Positions 16,801 through 24,888 of a stretch of 32,000 bases of DNA are shown one piece after another. The first letter of the stretch is position 1; each line of letters starts with the position of its first letter. Source of the DNA: Candidatus Iainarchaeum sp. Its GTDB lineage: Archaea; Iainarchaeota; Iainarchaeia; Iainarchaeales; JAZDEL01. The position numbers and the translations under genes were made by a program. The stretch lies in NCBI GenBank assembly GCA_043808785.1, contig JAZDEL010000002.1:180001-212000 (forward strand), in the 5' to 3' direction. A model generated the notes under the pieces. That model was not told where the DNA came from and did no database searches. It was given only the letters and a program-made list of their open reading frames with translations.

Positions 16801-17001
16801 TTATTTCTGCCCCGCCCTTCTGTCGGGTTTCTGGCTTCCGCCCTTAATGAGATATGTTTTCGCTCGTGTAAATGAGGTATCCCCGGGTTTGAGATCGGGC
16901 ATGCCCGCGCCGAGCCTTGTTGTATTCTTCCGCCTGTCTAACCTGAACAGTTTCCCCGCCTTCGAGCCCCTTATTTTTCCGATTATTCTTACAATCCCCA
17001 T
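16801..17001 (-). CDS. Small very basic hypothetical protein (66 aa), possibly an AbrB/SpoVT-like fold
   Basis: ATG 17001 (MGIVRIIGKIRG...) has TTTAAAT about 30 nt upstream. The longer track ORF (to 17118) would overlap tRNA-Ala. The fold guess rests only on LG..DLKPGD...LIKG. Confidence 0.35.
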   Translation of the reverse strand: MGIVRIIGKIRGSKAGKLFRLDRRKNTTRLGAGMPDLKPGDTSFTRAKTYLIKGGSQKPDRRAGQK

Positions 17002-17068
17002 ATTATCCGCTAGTTTATATGCAAACCGCAAATTTAAAGCTTTCGCCCCCCATTTCTTTGTCTGTAAT

Positions 17069-17163
17069 GGGCCCGTAGTGTAGTGGTAACATACGCCCTT
17101 GGCAGCGCGGTTTTCCATGCGCCAAACTGGGCGAGACCGCGGGTTCGATTCCCGCCGGGTCCA
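17069..17163 (+). tRNA. tRNA-Ala (anticodon GGC) with a 23-nt intron after position 37
   Basis: Cloverleaf folded by hand. Acceptor GGGCCCG/CGGGTCC with G3:U70. D arm GTGT-AGTGGTA-ACAT. Anticodon stem CGCCC/GGGCG, with loop TTGGCA[intron 17105-17127]T. T arm GCGGG-TTCGATT-CCCGC, discriminator A. CCA is not encoded. Confidence 0.85.
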
Positions 17164-17170
17164 TCCCGCC

Positions 17171-17198
17171 CTTTTCTTTCTTTTCGAAGAAAGAAAAG
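17171..17198. terminator. 28-nt perfect palindrome CTTTTCTTTCTTTTCGAAGAAAGAAAAG in the tRNA-Ala trailer; T-tracts on both strands (putative bidirectional terminator)
   Basis: Read directly from the sequence. Oligo-T runs are the usual archaeal termination signal. A second hairpin, GTTCGCGC-CCT-GCGCGAAC, follows at 17225-17243. Confidence 0.5.
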
Positions 17199-17306
17199 TG
17201 CAGGTTGCCCAAAAGAAAGAAAGAGTTCGCGCCCTGCGCGAACAACATGGCAGCCCTCTACAAAAACCCTTTTATACATGATACGTTATTCTATAAGGGT
17301 TCAGTT

Positions 17307-18821
17307 ATGCCAGTTGATAAGCGCACTATTCTAAAGGAATCCGTAAGGAAGCTCCTTGCGCTCAAGGTTACGGACGACGAGGTTGTTTCGAACCTCCGCG
17401 ACATCGGCGTGTCCCCTAGGGAGGCAAGGCTGCTCCTTAATGAAACCAAGCGCGAGCTTGCAGCCTCGGGGGTTCCGGAGGCAGCACCCGCGACCGCGGA
17501 GGAAGAGGAACCCGCGGAAGAGGAGCCCGACCTCGAGGCTGAGGCAGAACCTTTGCCGCGTTCCTCATCCCAGCCCTCGCGTGCAGCTCCCGCGTCAAAA
17601 TCATTTTTGGAAAGCGCGGGAATCGGCATGCGCTCTCCCCAGCCCGACCGCGACATTGCGGAACTCTGGGAAAAGGGCATTCTTGCGACAGTCGACGCAA
17701 AGCTCGAGCAGATGGAACGCCTCAAGAGGGACATGGACAAGAAAATAAGCGACAAGACTGCCGCTGCCGTGGACCGCGAGATAAAGAAAATGCAGGTTAT
17801 TTTCGGCAGCCAGCGCACTTTGATGATTGAGAAAATAAACTCGCAGCTGGACGCGCGCGGCAATGAAGTGCTGCAGTCGGTTAAGGACAAGATGTCCGAA
17901 CTGAAGAAAATCGACGAGCTTGCCCGCACCTCAATGGCAAAAATAGAGTCGCAGAGGGCGGAAAATGCCGCGCTCCTTTCCGATGTGGAGGCAAAGGTCG
18001 CCTCGCTGGATAAATTGAAATCCTCCCTCATAAGCGAAATGAACTCCTCCATTATAAAATCAAAATCAGAAATAGAGTCATTCATTGAGACCTCCAAGAA
18101 GCAGCGCGACGACATGCAGATGCGCATAAACCGCGCAATCGAGCTCGAATCCAAAATCAGGGAAGGGCTTATGGAGGACGCGAAGGTAAAAATCGACAAG
18201 ATGGCGCTGGAGAAGAGCGACACCCTTACCCATGAAATACAGAAGAGGATAAAGGAACTCGACGACATGAAGGGCAAACTTGACCCCGAGGGCATCAAGG
18301 CGGCGCTCGTGGAAATGCGCGCACTGAGGAAGCAGTTCACGGACAAGCCGCGCGAGATTGAAAACGCGTTCGAGCGCTCGAAGGCGGAATTCTCGCGCCT
18401 GAACGACCGCAGGCTGGAGGAAATGAAGAAGGAATCATCCGCGCAGGTCAGGGCGCTGCTCGAGGCCGAGCGCGCAGTGTGGGACAAGGCGATAAAGGCG
18501 AAAGCCGAGGACATGGACGAACTTGTTAAGGAGCTGGACGTGGATAAAATAATGGCATCCATGGAGGAGTTCCGCGCATTCAGGCAGCAGTTTGTTAATG
18601 TGATAAAGAAGAATGTGGACGGCTTCAACGCGGCAAAGAAGGAACTCACCGCCGAACTGGAGCGCAGGCAGAAAACCTTTGACGCGCACATTGCGCAGAT
18701 AGACGGCAAGTTAAAGGAACTCGACGATTTCGAGAGGAACTTCGCGAAGGAAATGGGCATTGCGCTGGACAAGCTGACGGAGAGGGAAAAGGGCAAGAGC
18801 GGCAAGAAGAAGGGGAAATAG
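17307..18821 (+). CDS. Long coiled-coil protein with a small N-terminal helical domain and an acidic linker
   Basis: About 500 aa. The N-terminal 45 aa are helical (LLALKVTDDEVVSNLRDIGVSPREARLLLNE). An E/P/A-rich linker follows, then about 370 aa of heptad-like K/E/L-rich sequence and a KGKSGKKKGK tail. The start is ATG 17307 or 17247. Confidence 0.7.
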   Translation: MPVDKRTILKESVRKLLALKVTDDEVVSNLRDIGVSPREARLLLNETKRELAASGVPEAAPATAEEEEPAEEEPDLEAEAEPLPRSSSQPSRAAPASKSFLESAGIGMRSPQPDRDIAELWEKGILATVDAKLEQMERLKRDMDKKISDKTAAAVDREIKKMQVIFGSQRTLMIEKINSQLDARGNEVLQSVKDKMSELKKIDELARTSMAKIESQRAENAALLSDVEAKVASLDKLKSSLISEMNSSIIKSKSEIESFIETSKKQRDDMQMRINRAIELESKIREGLMEDAKVKIDKMALEKSDTLTHEIQKRIKELDDMKGKLDPEGIKAALVEMRALRKQFTDKPREIENAFERSKAEFSRLNDRRLEEMKKESSAQVRALLEAERAVWDKAIKAKAEDMDELVKELDVDKIMASMEEFRAFRQQFVNVIKKNVDGFNAAKKELTAELERRQKTFDAHIAQIDGKLKELDDFERNFAKEMGIALDKLTEREKGKSGKKKGK

Positions 18822-18883
18822 GCGCTGCAATTGGCATGCGCCCAATATGAAAACTTTATATTTCCCGCAGCCTTTATTATTCC

Positions 18884-19582
18884 ATGAAAGCCAATCCGTT
18901 TACTGCCGCCCGCAATCCGGCAAAAATTAAGGTCGTCAAGAAACTTCCCCTACATTTCGCCGAAGAGGCGCGCAAATTTTTGGAATTTCATCCCGAGGGC
19001 CCCAAGTCCAAGGATCATTTTAGGGAAATAGTGCGCTCTGCCGAAGGGCTGCTGCGCCGCAGGTTCCCGAAGAAAAGCAGAATGATTTTTGTCGGGCAGG
19101 GCATGCACCATTTGTTCAGGGCGTTTGTGACGCTTAACAAATACTATGCGAAGCGCCCCCCGGGGTTTGCCAGGTATTTTGTGACCCCGTCCAGGGATGG
19201 GCGAGAAAAAGCAACGTTAATAGGAGCAGAGGAACTAATCGCAAAAAAATTACGCGGGTTGGGAATTGTTTCCGGCGGCGTAGAGAATTATTATATTGCT
19301 GATGTGTCAAGCAGCGGAAGGACATATGATGCGACAAAGGCCGCGATATTGCGGCTGAACCCGGATGCAAAAGTGTCCCTTTTAAGCGGCTCGGGCATCA
19401 CGTCGTCCGACCTGATGGAGCGCCACGCGGTAAAAGATTCCGAAGGCAGGCTTAAGCGGAGCAATAACCAGTTTTCAATAGCGCAGAGCCTTGCGTTCAG
19501 GCTCTATCTGGAGGAATATCTTGCCGCAAGGGAGCCGAAAATAGGCCTGCTTGCGCGCATGTTTAACCGGTTCGGGAAATAG
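18884..19582 (+). CDS. Hypothetical protein, weak phosphoribosyltransferase-like pattern
   Basis: YYIADVSSSGRTYDATKAAILRL resembles the PRPP-binding loop (hhhhDDvxxTGxT) of type I PRTases. The TATA CTTTATATTT lies about 28 nt upstream of the ATG. Confidence 0.45.
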   Translation: MKANPFTAARNPAKIKVVKKLPLHFAEEARKFLEFHPEGPKSKDHFREIVRSAEGLLRRRFPKKSRMIFVGQGMHHLFRAFVTLNKYYAKRPPGFARYFVTPSRDGREKATLIGAEELIAKKLRGLGIVSGGVENYYIADVSSSGRTYDATKAAILRLNPDAKVSLLSGSGITSSDLMERHAVKDSEGRLKRSNNQFSIAQSLAFRLYLEEYLAAREPKIGLLARMFNRFGK

Positions 19583-19653
19583 CCGCGCCTCACCCTCTGC
19601 AGGGCGGAATGAAACATTAAAATACTTTCCAGCCCCTACTCCTTATGGTCCAC

Positions 19654-19726
19654 GGGCCCGTGGTCTAGCGGTTATGACGCCACCTTGACATGGTGGAAAT
19701 CGGCGGTTCGATCCCGCCCGGGCCCA
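19654..19726 (+). tRNA. tRNA-Val (anticodon GAC)
   Basis: Acceptor GGGCCCG/CGGGCCC. Anticodon stem CCACC/GGTGG with loop TTGACAT. T arm GGCGG-TTCGATC-CCGCC, discriminator A. ATTAAAAT lies about 32 nt upstream. Confidence 0.92.
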
Positions 19727-19730
19727 TTCG

Positions 19731-19800
19731 GCCTTTTCTTGGAAAGAAAAGGCTGGCGAAAAGAACACAAGGCACTGCCGGCGAAAGAAACACAAGGCAC
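19731..19800. repeat. tRNA-Val trailer element: hairpin GCCTTTTCTT-GGA-AAGAAAAGGC followed by two tandem 21-nt units GGCGAAA(A)GAA(A)CACAAGGCAC
   Basis: Hairpin at 19731-19753; units at 19755-19775 and 19780-19800. About 90% identical, in reverse complement, to 28315-28360. Confidence 0.8.
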
Positions 19801-19860
19801 GACTTGCAAAAATGGCAGTTCGCCCTTTGGGGGCGAACAACTGTTGCGGTGGCAAATAAG

Positions 19861-20676
19861 ATGAAAAAAATCGACCCAAAACTTTATTCTTTGGCGAACT
19901 TTAAGCGGAGCAGGTACCCGCCTTTCAGGAAACATTCCGAACGGGCGGTTCTCGGGGTTCTGCCTTCGGCTGACTGGTCGGATAATAAGGAACGGTATAC
20001 TTTTGCCGTGAAGGAAGGCCTTGTTGACAGAAAGAATGTTCTTGATTTGTGCTGTGGCATAGGTTACGGTTCAGAGATATTGGCCAAAAGAGCCTCGAAA
20101 GTAACCGGGGTTGATGTATCTCCGAAAGCGATTGAATTTGCGAAAGAAAATTACAAACGGAAAAATCTTGAGTTCAAGAAGATGGATGCTGGCGGGCTGG
20201 AAATGAAAAACGATTCCGTTGATGTAATATGCGCCTTTGAAGCGCTGGAGCACGTAACAAATCCGGACGGCATGCTGAGTGAAATGAAAAGGGTTCTAAA
20301 AAAAGGCGGCACTGCGATTATTTCAACCCCTAATAGGTATTTTGCAAGCCCTTTTGTAAAGAAACCCTTCAATCCCCATCACGTGAAGGAATACTTGCCT
20401 GATGAATTTTTGGGCGCCCTTGGAAAACATTTCAAGGTTGAGGGCTTGTATGGCCAGATGATATTTTCGTCAAAGCAGGCATATCGGCACGCAAGGCTTA
20501 AGAGGCTGCTTAGTTATTCCGGCATTCTTGGCCCTCTTGCCCGTTTCCGCAACCTGCTTACTGGGAGAAAATCTGCCAAGCAGGGTGGCAATCTGCAGGA
20601 TGCTGCAGTAAAAAAACTAAAAATAAATGGCAGCCATCAGCCGACGTATATGGTTGCAGTCTGCAGGAAGGAATGA
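19861..20676 (+). CDS. Class I SAM-dependent methyltransferase
   Basis: Motif I VLDLCCGIGYGSEIL, motif II VDVICAFEALEHV, and LKKGGTAIIST. ATG 19861 is used because the longer track ORF runs through tRNA-Val. Visibly AT-richer than its neighbours. Confidence 0.8.
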   Translation: MKKIDPKLYSLANFKRSRYPPFRKHSERAVLGVLPSADWSDNKERYTFAVKEGLVDRKNVLDLCCGIGYGSEILAKRASKVTGVDVSPKAIEFAKENYKRKNLEFKKMDAGGLEMKNDSVDVICAFEALEHVTNPDGMLSEMKRVLKKGGTAIISTPNRYFASPFVKKPFNPHHVKEYLPDEFLGALGKHFKVEGLYGQMIFSSKQAYRHARLKRLLSYSGILGPLARFRNLLTGRKSAKQGGNLQDAAVKKLKINGSHQPTYMVAVCRKE

Positions 20677-20686
20677 AAAGGCACAG

Positions 20687-21610
20687 TCACTTCATCTTCC
20701 CCAACTGCACGCAGGTTCCGCACATTGCCCCGCTTGAGGGTCCGCCGCACTTTTCGCACTCTTGAACTTGCGCGCGCTTTCCCGATTTTGCAAGCGCGGG
20801 CTTAATCTGCGAAAAGGATTTTAGGATTTTGAACTTCGTGCCCGGGAATTTTTCCTCCGCATCCTCCAGCATCTCGCGGAAAAAATTGCGTTTCGCCTGC
20901 CATTTGAAGGGGCAGCATTTTTCATGCGAGTAGTGAGCAATTCCGCTGTGCGCTGCGAAGAGTTCGATTTCCTCCTCAGGGCATTCGTACAAAGGCTTGA
21001 TGCGCGGCACGAAACCCCTGCGCAGGGTTGCGTTTATGGGGCCCAAGCGGGACATGCGCTGCATGTCATTGTCAAAAAGGTTCATAACAATGCTCTGGGT
21101 TTCGTCATCAAGGTTATGCCCTGTTGCGACCTTTTTCGCCCCTGCGGAAAGCGCGAGTTTGTTGATTAGGTTCCTGCGCAGAACCCCGCAAAATGCGCAC
21201 GTGCTTCCCAAAACCTTTTTTGCGGTGGTTTTTTTTGCCACGTCAACCATTGTAAAGCCGTACTCATCCGCAAATTTCGCCTCTGCAAATTCAACACCCC
21301 ACTTTTTGCAGTTCTTTTTCGCGATTTTCAGCGCGCTGTCCCTGTAACCCTGTATGCCCTCATCAACCATAACCGCAACCACCTGGTTGCGGTTTTTGAG
21401 AATTTTGTTGAGGAGGAAAAGCGTTGTGCCCGAATCCTTGCCTCCCGAATAAGCAACAGCAACCTTCTCGCCCTTGCGCACGAGGCTGTTCATGCGCACG
21501 GTTCTCCTAACCCTGCGCTCGAAGAATTCGAGGAAATGTTTTTTGCAGTAGGCATCGGGGCCGTACTTGATGTTTACAACAGCCTTCTTGCCGCAGCGCG
21601 TGCATTTCAT
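20687..21610 (-). CDS. TtuA/NcsA (Ncs6/Ctu1) family tRNA 2-thiolation PP-loop ATPase
   Basis: PP-loop AYSGGKDS, N-terminal Zn finger CTRCG...CKKHF, Fe-S-type CAFCG, and C-terminal CEKCGG...CGTC. The start is taken at ATG 21610 (MKCTRCGKK). Confidence 0.85.
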   Translation of the reverse strand: MKCTRCGKKAVVNIKYGPDAYCKKHFLEFFERRVRRTVRMNSLVRKGEKVAVAYSGGKDSGTTLFLLNKILKNRNQVVAVMVDEGIQGYRDSALKIAKKNCKKWGVEFAEAKFADEYGFTMVDVAKKTTAKKVLGSTCAFCGVLRRNLINKLALSAGAKKVATGHNLDDETQSIVMNLFDNDMQRMSRLGPINATLRRGFVPRIKPLYECPEEEIELFAAHSGIAHYSHEKCCPFKWQAKRNFFREMLEDAEEKFPGTKFKILKSFSQIKPALAKSGKRAQVQECEKCGGPSSGAMCGTCVQLGKMK

Positions 21611-21738
21611 AAGCCCGCCCCTAATTGCCGCCTTCCCGGAGCGCCATATAAAAACCCGCTTCCCCAATAGTTTTAAAACCCTTGCATGGGTTAATTCCTA
21701 TCGGATTAACCCGTATTTTGCGGTTTTTGGCGGTCGAT

Positions 21739-22347
21739 ATGGCAACTGCATCGGATTACGTAAGGGAGACATTCCAGAAGGAATTCGCCAAGGAGAAGGG
21801 CGAGGGTTACGATTATGGTGCGCTTTACAGGCAGCGCATGATTGAGTTCAGGAAGGAGAAGGAATCTGTTGTCAGGGTCGAGAAGCCGCAGAACCTCCCC
21901 CGCGCGCGCTCTCTCGGTTACAGGGCGAAACAGGGTTTTGTTGTCGTGCGCGTTCGCGTTCGCAGGGGTTCGGGAATGCACACAAGGCCGAAACGTGGGC
22001 GCAGGCCCAAGCGCATGGGCGTGAACAAATTAACGCGCAGGATTTCGATTAAGGCTATTGCCGAGCAGCGCGCAGGAACAAAATACCCGAACTGCGAGGT
22101 GCTGAATTCCTACTGGGTCGGGGAGGACGGAATGAGCAAGTATTTCGAGGTTATTCTGGTTGATGTTTCACATCCCGCGATAGTTAACGACAAGAAGATT
22201 GGCTGGATTGCGGAAAGGGAGCACTCAGGAAGGGCGGACCGCGGCCTGACAAGCGCGGGCAAGAAGATGCGCGGCCTGCGCAGGCGGGGGAAGGGAGCGG
22301 AGAAAGTGCGCCCATCACTGCGCGCGCACGACAGGATGGCGAAGTAA
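21739..22347 (+). CDS. rpl15e: Ribosomal protein L15e
   Basis: [11 protein letters not shown]...[23 protein letters not shown] is typical of L15e. The start is taken at ATG 21739. Confidence 0.93.
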   Translation: MATASDYVRETFQKEFAKEKGEGYDYGALYRQRMIEFRKEKESVVRVEKPQNLPRARSLGYRAKQGFVVVRVRVRRGSGMHTRPKRGRRPKRMGVNKLTRRISIKAIAEQRAGTKYPNCEVLNSYWVGEDGMSKYFEVILVDVSHPAIVNDKKIGWIAEREHSGRADRGLTSAGKKMRGLRRRGKGAEKVRPSLRAHDRMAK

Positions 22348-22379
22348 GCCGCCTTTTTCGTTTAATTCCTTAAGGGCGC

Positions 22380-22925
22380 ATGCCCATGATTGATATTGTT
22401 TTTTCCGCGGATTTTAAGGAACTCAAAAAGGCGGCGGAAGCGCTGGGCATTTACCCTGCCGAAATAGCAATCGCCTCTAATTTCCCCTCGCGCGCGGAAG
22501 CGGATGCCGCCCATGCTGCGGGCTTCAAATCCTGCAAAATAATTTCAAAGCGCGACAGCAACGAGATAAAGCGCTGGCACGCGTGGGCCGATTATGTTGC
22601 CGTTTTCGGGGGAACGCCGGAACTGAACAAGTTCGGCGTTTCAAAGGGAATTGATTTCCTACTTAGCCCCTGCGGCACGGGGAGGCTGCCTTTCGACACC
22701 GCGCTTGCGCAGAGCGCCCACGACAGCGGGACAACGGTTGCGGTTTTGTTTTCGGATTTCCTTGGCGCTGACAGGCAGGCACGTTCTTTCCTCCTCAGGA
22801 ACTGGTCGATGGTTTCAAAAATATGCAAAAACAGGAAAGCGGAGTTCGGGATTTTCTCTGGCGCAAGGAACGCGCTGGAGATGCGCTCCCCGCAGAACCT
22901 CGGGGAACTGCGGGAATTTTTGTGA
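22380..22925 (+). CDS. rnp3: RNase P protein component 3 (Rpp30-like), short form
   Basis: The C-terminal pattern VAVLFSDFL...FGIFSGARNALEMRSPQNL matches Rpp30 (..isSgA....lR.P.dl). It sits in the expected position next to rpl15e in the exosome superoperon. Confidence 0.65.
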   Translation: MPMIDIVFSADFKELKKAAEALGIYPAEIAIASNFPSRAEADAAHAAGFKSCKIISKRDSNEIKRWHAWADYVAVFGGTPELNKFGVSKGIDFLLSPCGTGRLPFDTALAQSAHDSGTTVAVLFSDFLGADRQARSFLLRNWSMVSKICKNRKAEFGIFSGARNALEMRSPQNLGELREFL

Positions 22926-22937
22926 GGGCGCGCACGG

Positions 22938-23462
22938 TCACTTAAGCCTGCGCGATTTAACGATTTCCGTCATAATCTCGTCAAGTTCTTTCATGTACTC
23001 ATTATAAACTTCCACGGGCGCAGTATGTAGCGCCAGCCCGACATCCTGCCAGACCATCTTCAGGTGCTCCATTGTAAGTTCCTCGAACTTTTTCGGAAGT
23101 TTTTTCGTCCTCAGCCTTGCTATTATCCTGCTTCGGGGAGTTTTGCCGGACCCCATATTGGCCCGCCTTAGGACTCCATAGAACCTGCCCTGCAAAGGTG
23201 CCACGGGCTCCAGAAGCATGGGCCCCATATACTTTATTTCCGGATTAATCCTGTAAGTTCTCCCGATGCTTCTTTTAATCGGGATTTTCCAGAAAAGGCC
23301 CCTCTCGGGTTTTGGGTCTGGCGGCGGCTGGTAGTATTTGTAAGGGTTTACGTCCTGAGTTGCAGGCACGTTCCTGTTTGAATCTGTGCTTTGCTGTTTG
23401 CCCCTATTTCGCCAAAAGCTGGGTTTGAAATAATTCAGCACTTTTTTGAATTTCCACACCAT
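22938..23462 (-). CDS. Hypothetical very basic protein, opposite strand to the surrounding operon
   Basis: 174-aa ORF. TTTTTTATTT is centred about 26 nt upstream of ATG 23462, the leaderless-promoter spacing. No recognisable motif. Confidence 0.5.
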   Translation of the reverse strand: MVWKFKKVLNYFKPSFWRNRGKQQSTDSNRNVPATQDVNPYKYYQPPPDPKPERGLFWKIPIKRSIGRTYRINPEIKYMGPMLLEPVAPLQGRFYGVLRRANMGSGKTPRSRIIARLRTKKLPKKFEELTMEHLKMVWQDVGLALHTAPVEVYNEYMKELDEIMTEIVKSRRLK

Positions 23463-23540
23463 GATATACCAACGCAGTCCGCAAATAAAAAACTAACTCC
23501 TGCAAAACCCGCCGAACCCTCGCGCGTTTTTGGATAGGTT

Positions 23541-23671
23541 CCAAAAACCGCGGTGCACGGTTTTTGGCACAGTTCAAATCGTAGATTTGAATGTGCACCT
23601 GAACGCCTGACGTTCAGGTTGCAGTTGCGAATTCCGCAGGCTTCGAACTGCGGCATTTGCGGAATTCGCAA
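23541..23671. other. Cluster of four consecutive perfect hairpins / inverted repeats in an intergenic region
   Basis: CCAAAAACCG/CGGTTTTTGG at 23541-23567. TTCAAATC/GATTTGAA at 23573-23591. ACCTGAACG/CGTTCAGGT at 23597-23619. TTGCGAATTCCGCA/TGCGGAATTCGCAA at 23625-23671. Confidence 0.85.
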
Positions 23672-23746
23672 GATTTAAAAGAACCGCCCCAGCCATTTTG
23701 TTTCATACGCCTATCAGCGGAACGTGTGCAATCGGAGGGTGGAAAG

Positions 23747-24280
23747 ATGAACCTGCCTACTCGCAAGGAATGCGAAAAAATGCTGCGCAAAGCCGGCAAC
23801 CCGGAGAACATAATACAGCACTCGGAAAAGGTCAACGAAATCGCGAACAGGCTCGCAAATATGCTTGCCGATGCGGGCGTCGAAATCGACACCGAGGCGG
23901 TTGACAGGGCATCGCTCCTGCACGACATTGCAAAGGCGCAGTCGCTGGAGGACGAGGAAGTCAGGCACGGCGAGGAGGGCTTCAAAATGATTAAGCAGGC
24001 GGGCTATCCCGCGCTCGCGAAAATCGTCAGGAAGCACGCGCTCGATGAAATCCTCACGGGGGGCGTGAAAACCTGGGAGGAAAAGGTTGTTTATTACGCG
24101 GACAAGCGCGTGAACGGCAGCAAGGTAGTGACGCTTGCTGAAAGGTTCAACTACCTCAGGACGCGCTACGGAAAATCAAGCATGGGCATACTCATGCTGA
24201 TAAACACCTGCGAACCCGCGGTTTACAGGCTTGAGAAGGAAATTTTCAACAAGATAGGCGGAAATGTGAGGATTGCATAA
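23747..24280 (+). CDS. HD-domain metal-dependent phosphohydrolase
   Basis: HSEKV...LLHDIAK...YADKRV gives the HD signature. A GGAGGGTGG RBS precedes ATG 23747, and the TATA ATTTAAAA lies at 23673-23680. Confidence 0.8.
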   Translation: MNLPTRKECEKMLRKAGNPENIIQHSEKVNEIANRLANMLADAGVEIDTEAVDRASLLHDIAKAQSLEDEEVRHGEEGFKMIKQAGYPALAKIVRKHALDEILTGGVKTWEEKVVYYADKRVNGSKVVTLAERFNYLRTRYGKSSMGILMLINTCEPAVYRLEKEIFNKIGGNVRIA

Positions 24281-24297
24281 TTGCGCAAGGCCAGATT

Positions 24298-24648
24298 ATG
24301 AATGCGGATAACAAAAGCCTGAAGAAAAAGACAAAACCGATTCCCCCTACCCTGAGGGGAAAGAAGCGCTATATTTCATTCGAACTTGCCTGCGCAACAA
24401 GGCTGCAGGAATCCGCTGTTTCAAAGGCGCTCTGGGAAACCATGCTCTCGCTTTACGGTTCCGTGGGCACTGCAAGGCAGAAGTTCACGCTTTTCAAGTG
24501 GTCTCCCGCGCAGAACCGCGGCGCTGTAAGGTGTGCCTTGGGCCACGAGGCGGATGTAAAGGCGGGCATACTCGCGGTTAAAGAGGTCGGAGGCACGCCC
24601 GTGCTGCCGAAAACCATCAAAACCAGCGGGAGCGTTTGCAAGGTTTGA
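24298..24648 (+). CDS. rnp2: RNase P protein component 2 (Pop5-like)
   Basis: PPTLRGKKRYISFEL at the N-terminus and GAVRC...TSGSV match archaeal Pop5. Confidence 0.85.
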   Translation: MNADNKSLKKKTKPIPPTLRGKKRYISFELACATRLQESAVSKALWETMLSLYGSVGTARQKFTLFKWSPAQNRGAVRCALGHEADVKAGILAVKEVGGTPVLPKTIKTSGSVCKV

Positions 24649-24666
24649 TTATTGGAGGGATAATCT

Positions 24667-24888
24667 ATGGGAATGACTGAGAGGCAATATTTTGATGAAG
24701 CCCGTGAATTGATTTTTGATTTTTTTGTTTCGCCTATTATTGTTTTGGTCAGCATGTTTGTCGTCGGTTCCTTTATTGATAGTTTTTTAAATGCTCAAAA
24801 TACTTTTTCATTAATTTTTACGGCAGTGGGTGGGCTTCTCCTTGTTGTCAGATATTATAAGAAAAAACTAAAGAAAGCTGGATTCTAA
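24667..24888 (+). CDS. Small two-TM membrane protein (73 aa), hypothetical
   Basis: A GGAGGG RBS lies 7 nt upstream of the ATG. Two hydrophobic helices are present (FFVSPIIVLVSMFVVGSFI, FSLIFTAVGGLLLVV) with a KKKLKK tail. Strikingly AT-rich relative to its flanks. Confidence 0.55.
   Translation: MGMTERQYFDEARELIFDFFVSPIIVLVSMFVVGSFIDSFLNAQNTFSLIFTAVGGLLLVVRYYKKKLKKAGF

Noticed and set aside
16801-17118. Full 105-aa version of the small basic ORF
   Set aside because: Its first 39 codons overlap tRNA-Ala and the tRNA promoter on the opposite strand. Only the 66-aa version from ATG 17001 is retained, and that at low confidence.
17291-18805. 504-aa Ser-rich ORF on the minus strand
   Set aside because: It is the antisense of the GAR/AAR-rich coiled-coil gene, where CTT/TTC/GCT-type complements give Ser/Phe/Leu runs. 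It has no start context and no motifs.
19755-19800. Possible mini-CRISPR, from the two 21-nt direct repeats
   Set aside because: There are only two copies, separated by 4 nt, with no spacers and no cas genes. The third copy elsewhere is inverted and associated with a hairpin.
17069-19838. Integrated element targeting the tRNA genes
   Set aside because: There is no integrase, no direct repeat of a tRNA 3' end, and the genes between the tRNAs are not recognisably viral or plasmid-derived.
19690-19860. N-terminal extension of the methyltransferase ORF (start 19690), and the minus-strand ORFs 19643-19935
   Set aside because: They run through tRNA-Val and its trailer repeats. The apparent conserved peptide PF(L/F)GK(K/E)RLAK..TQGT shared with the 28.3-kb locus is merely the translated nucleotide repeat.
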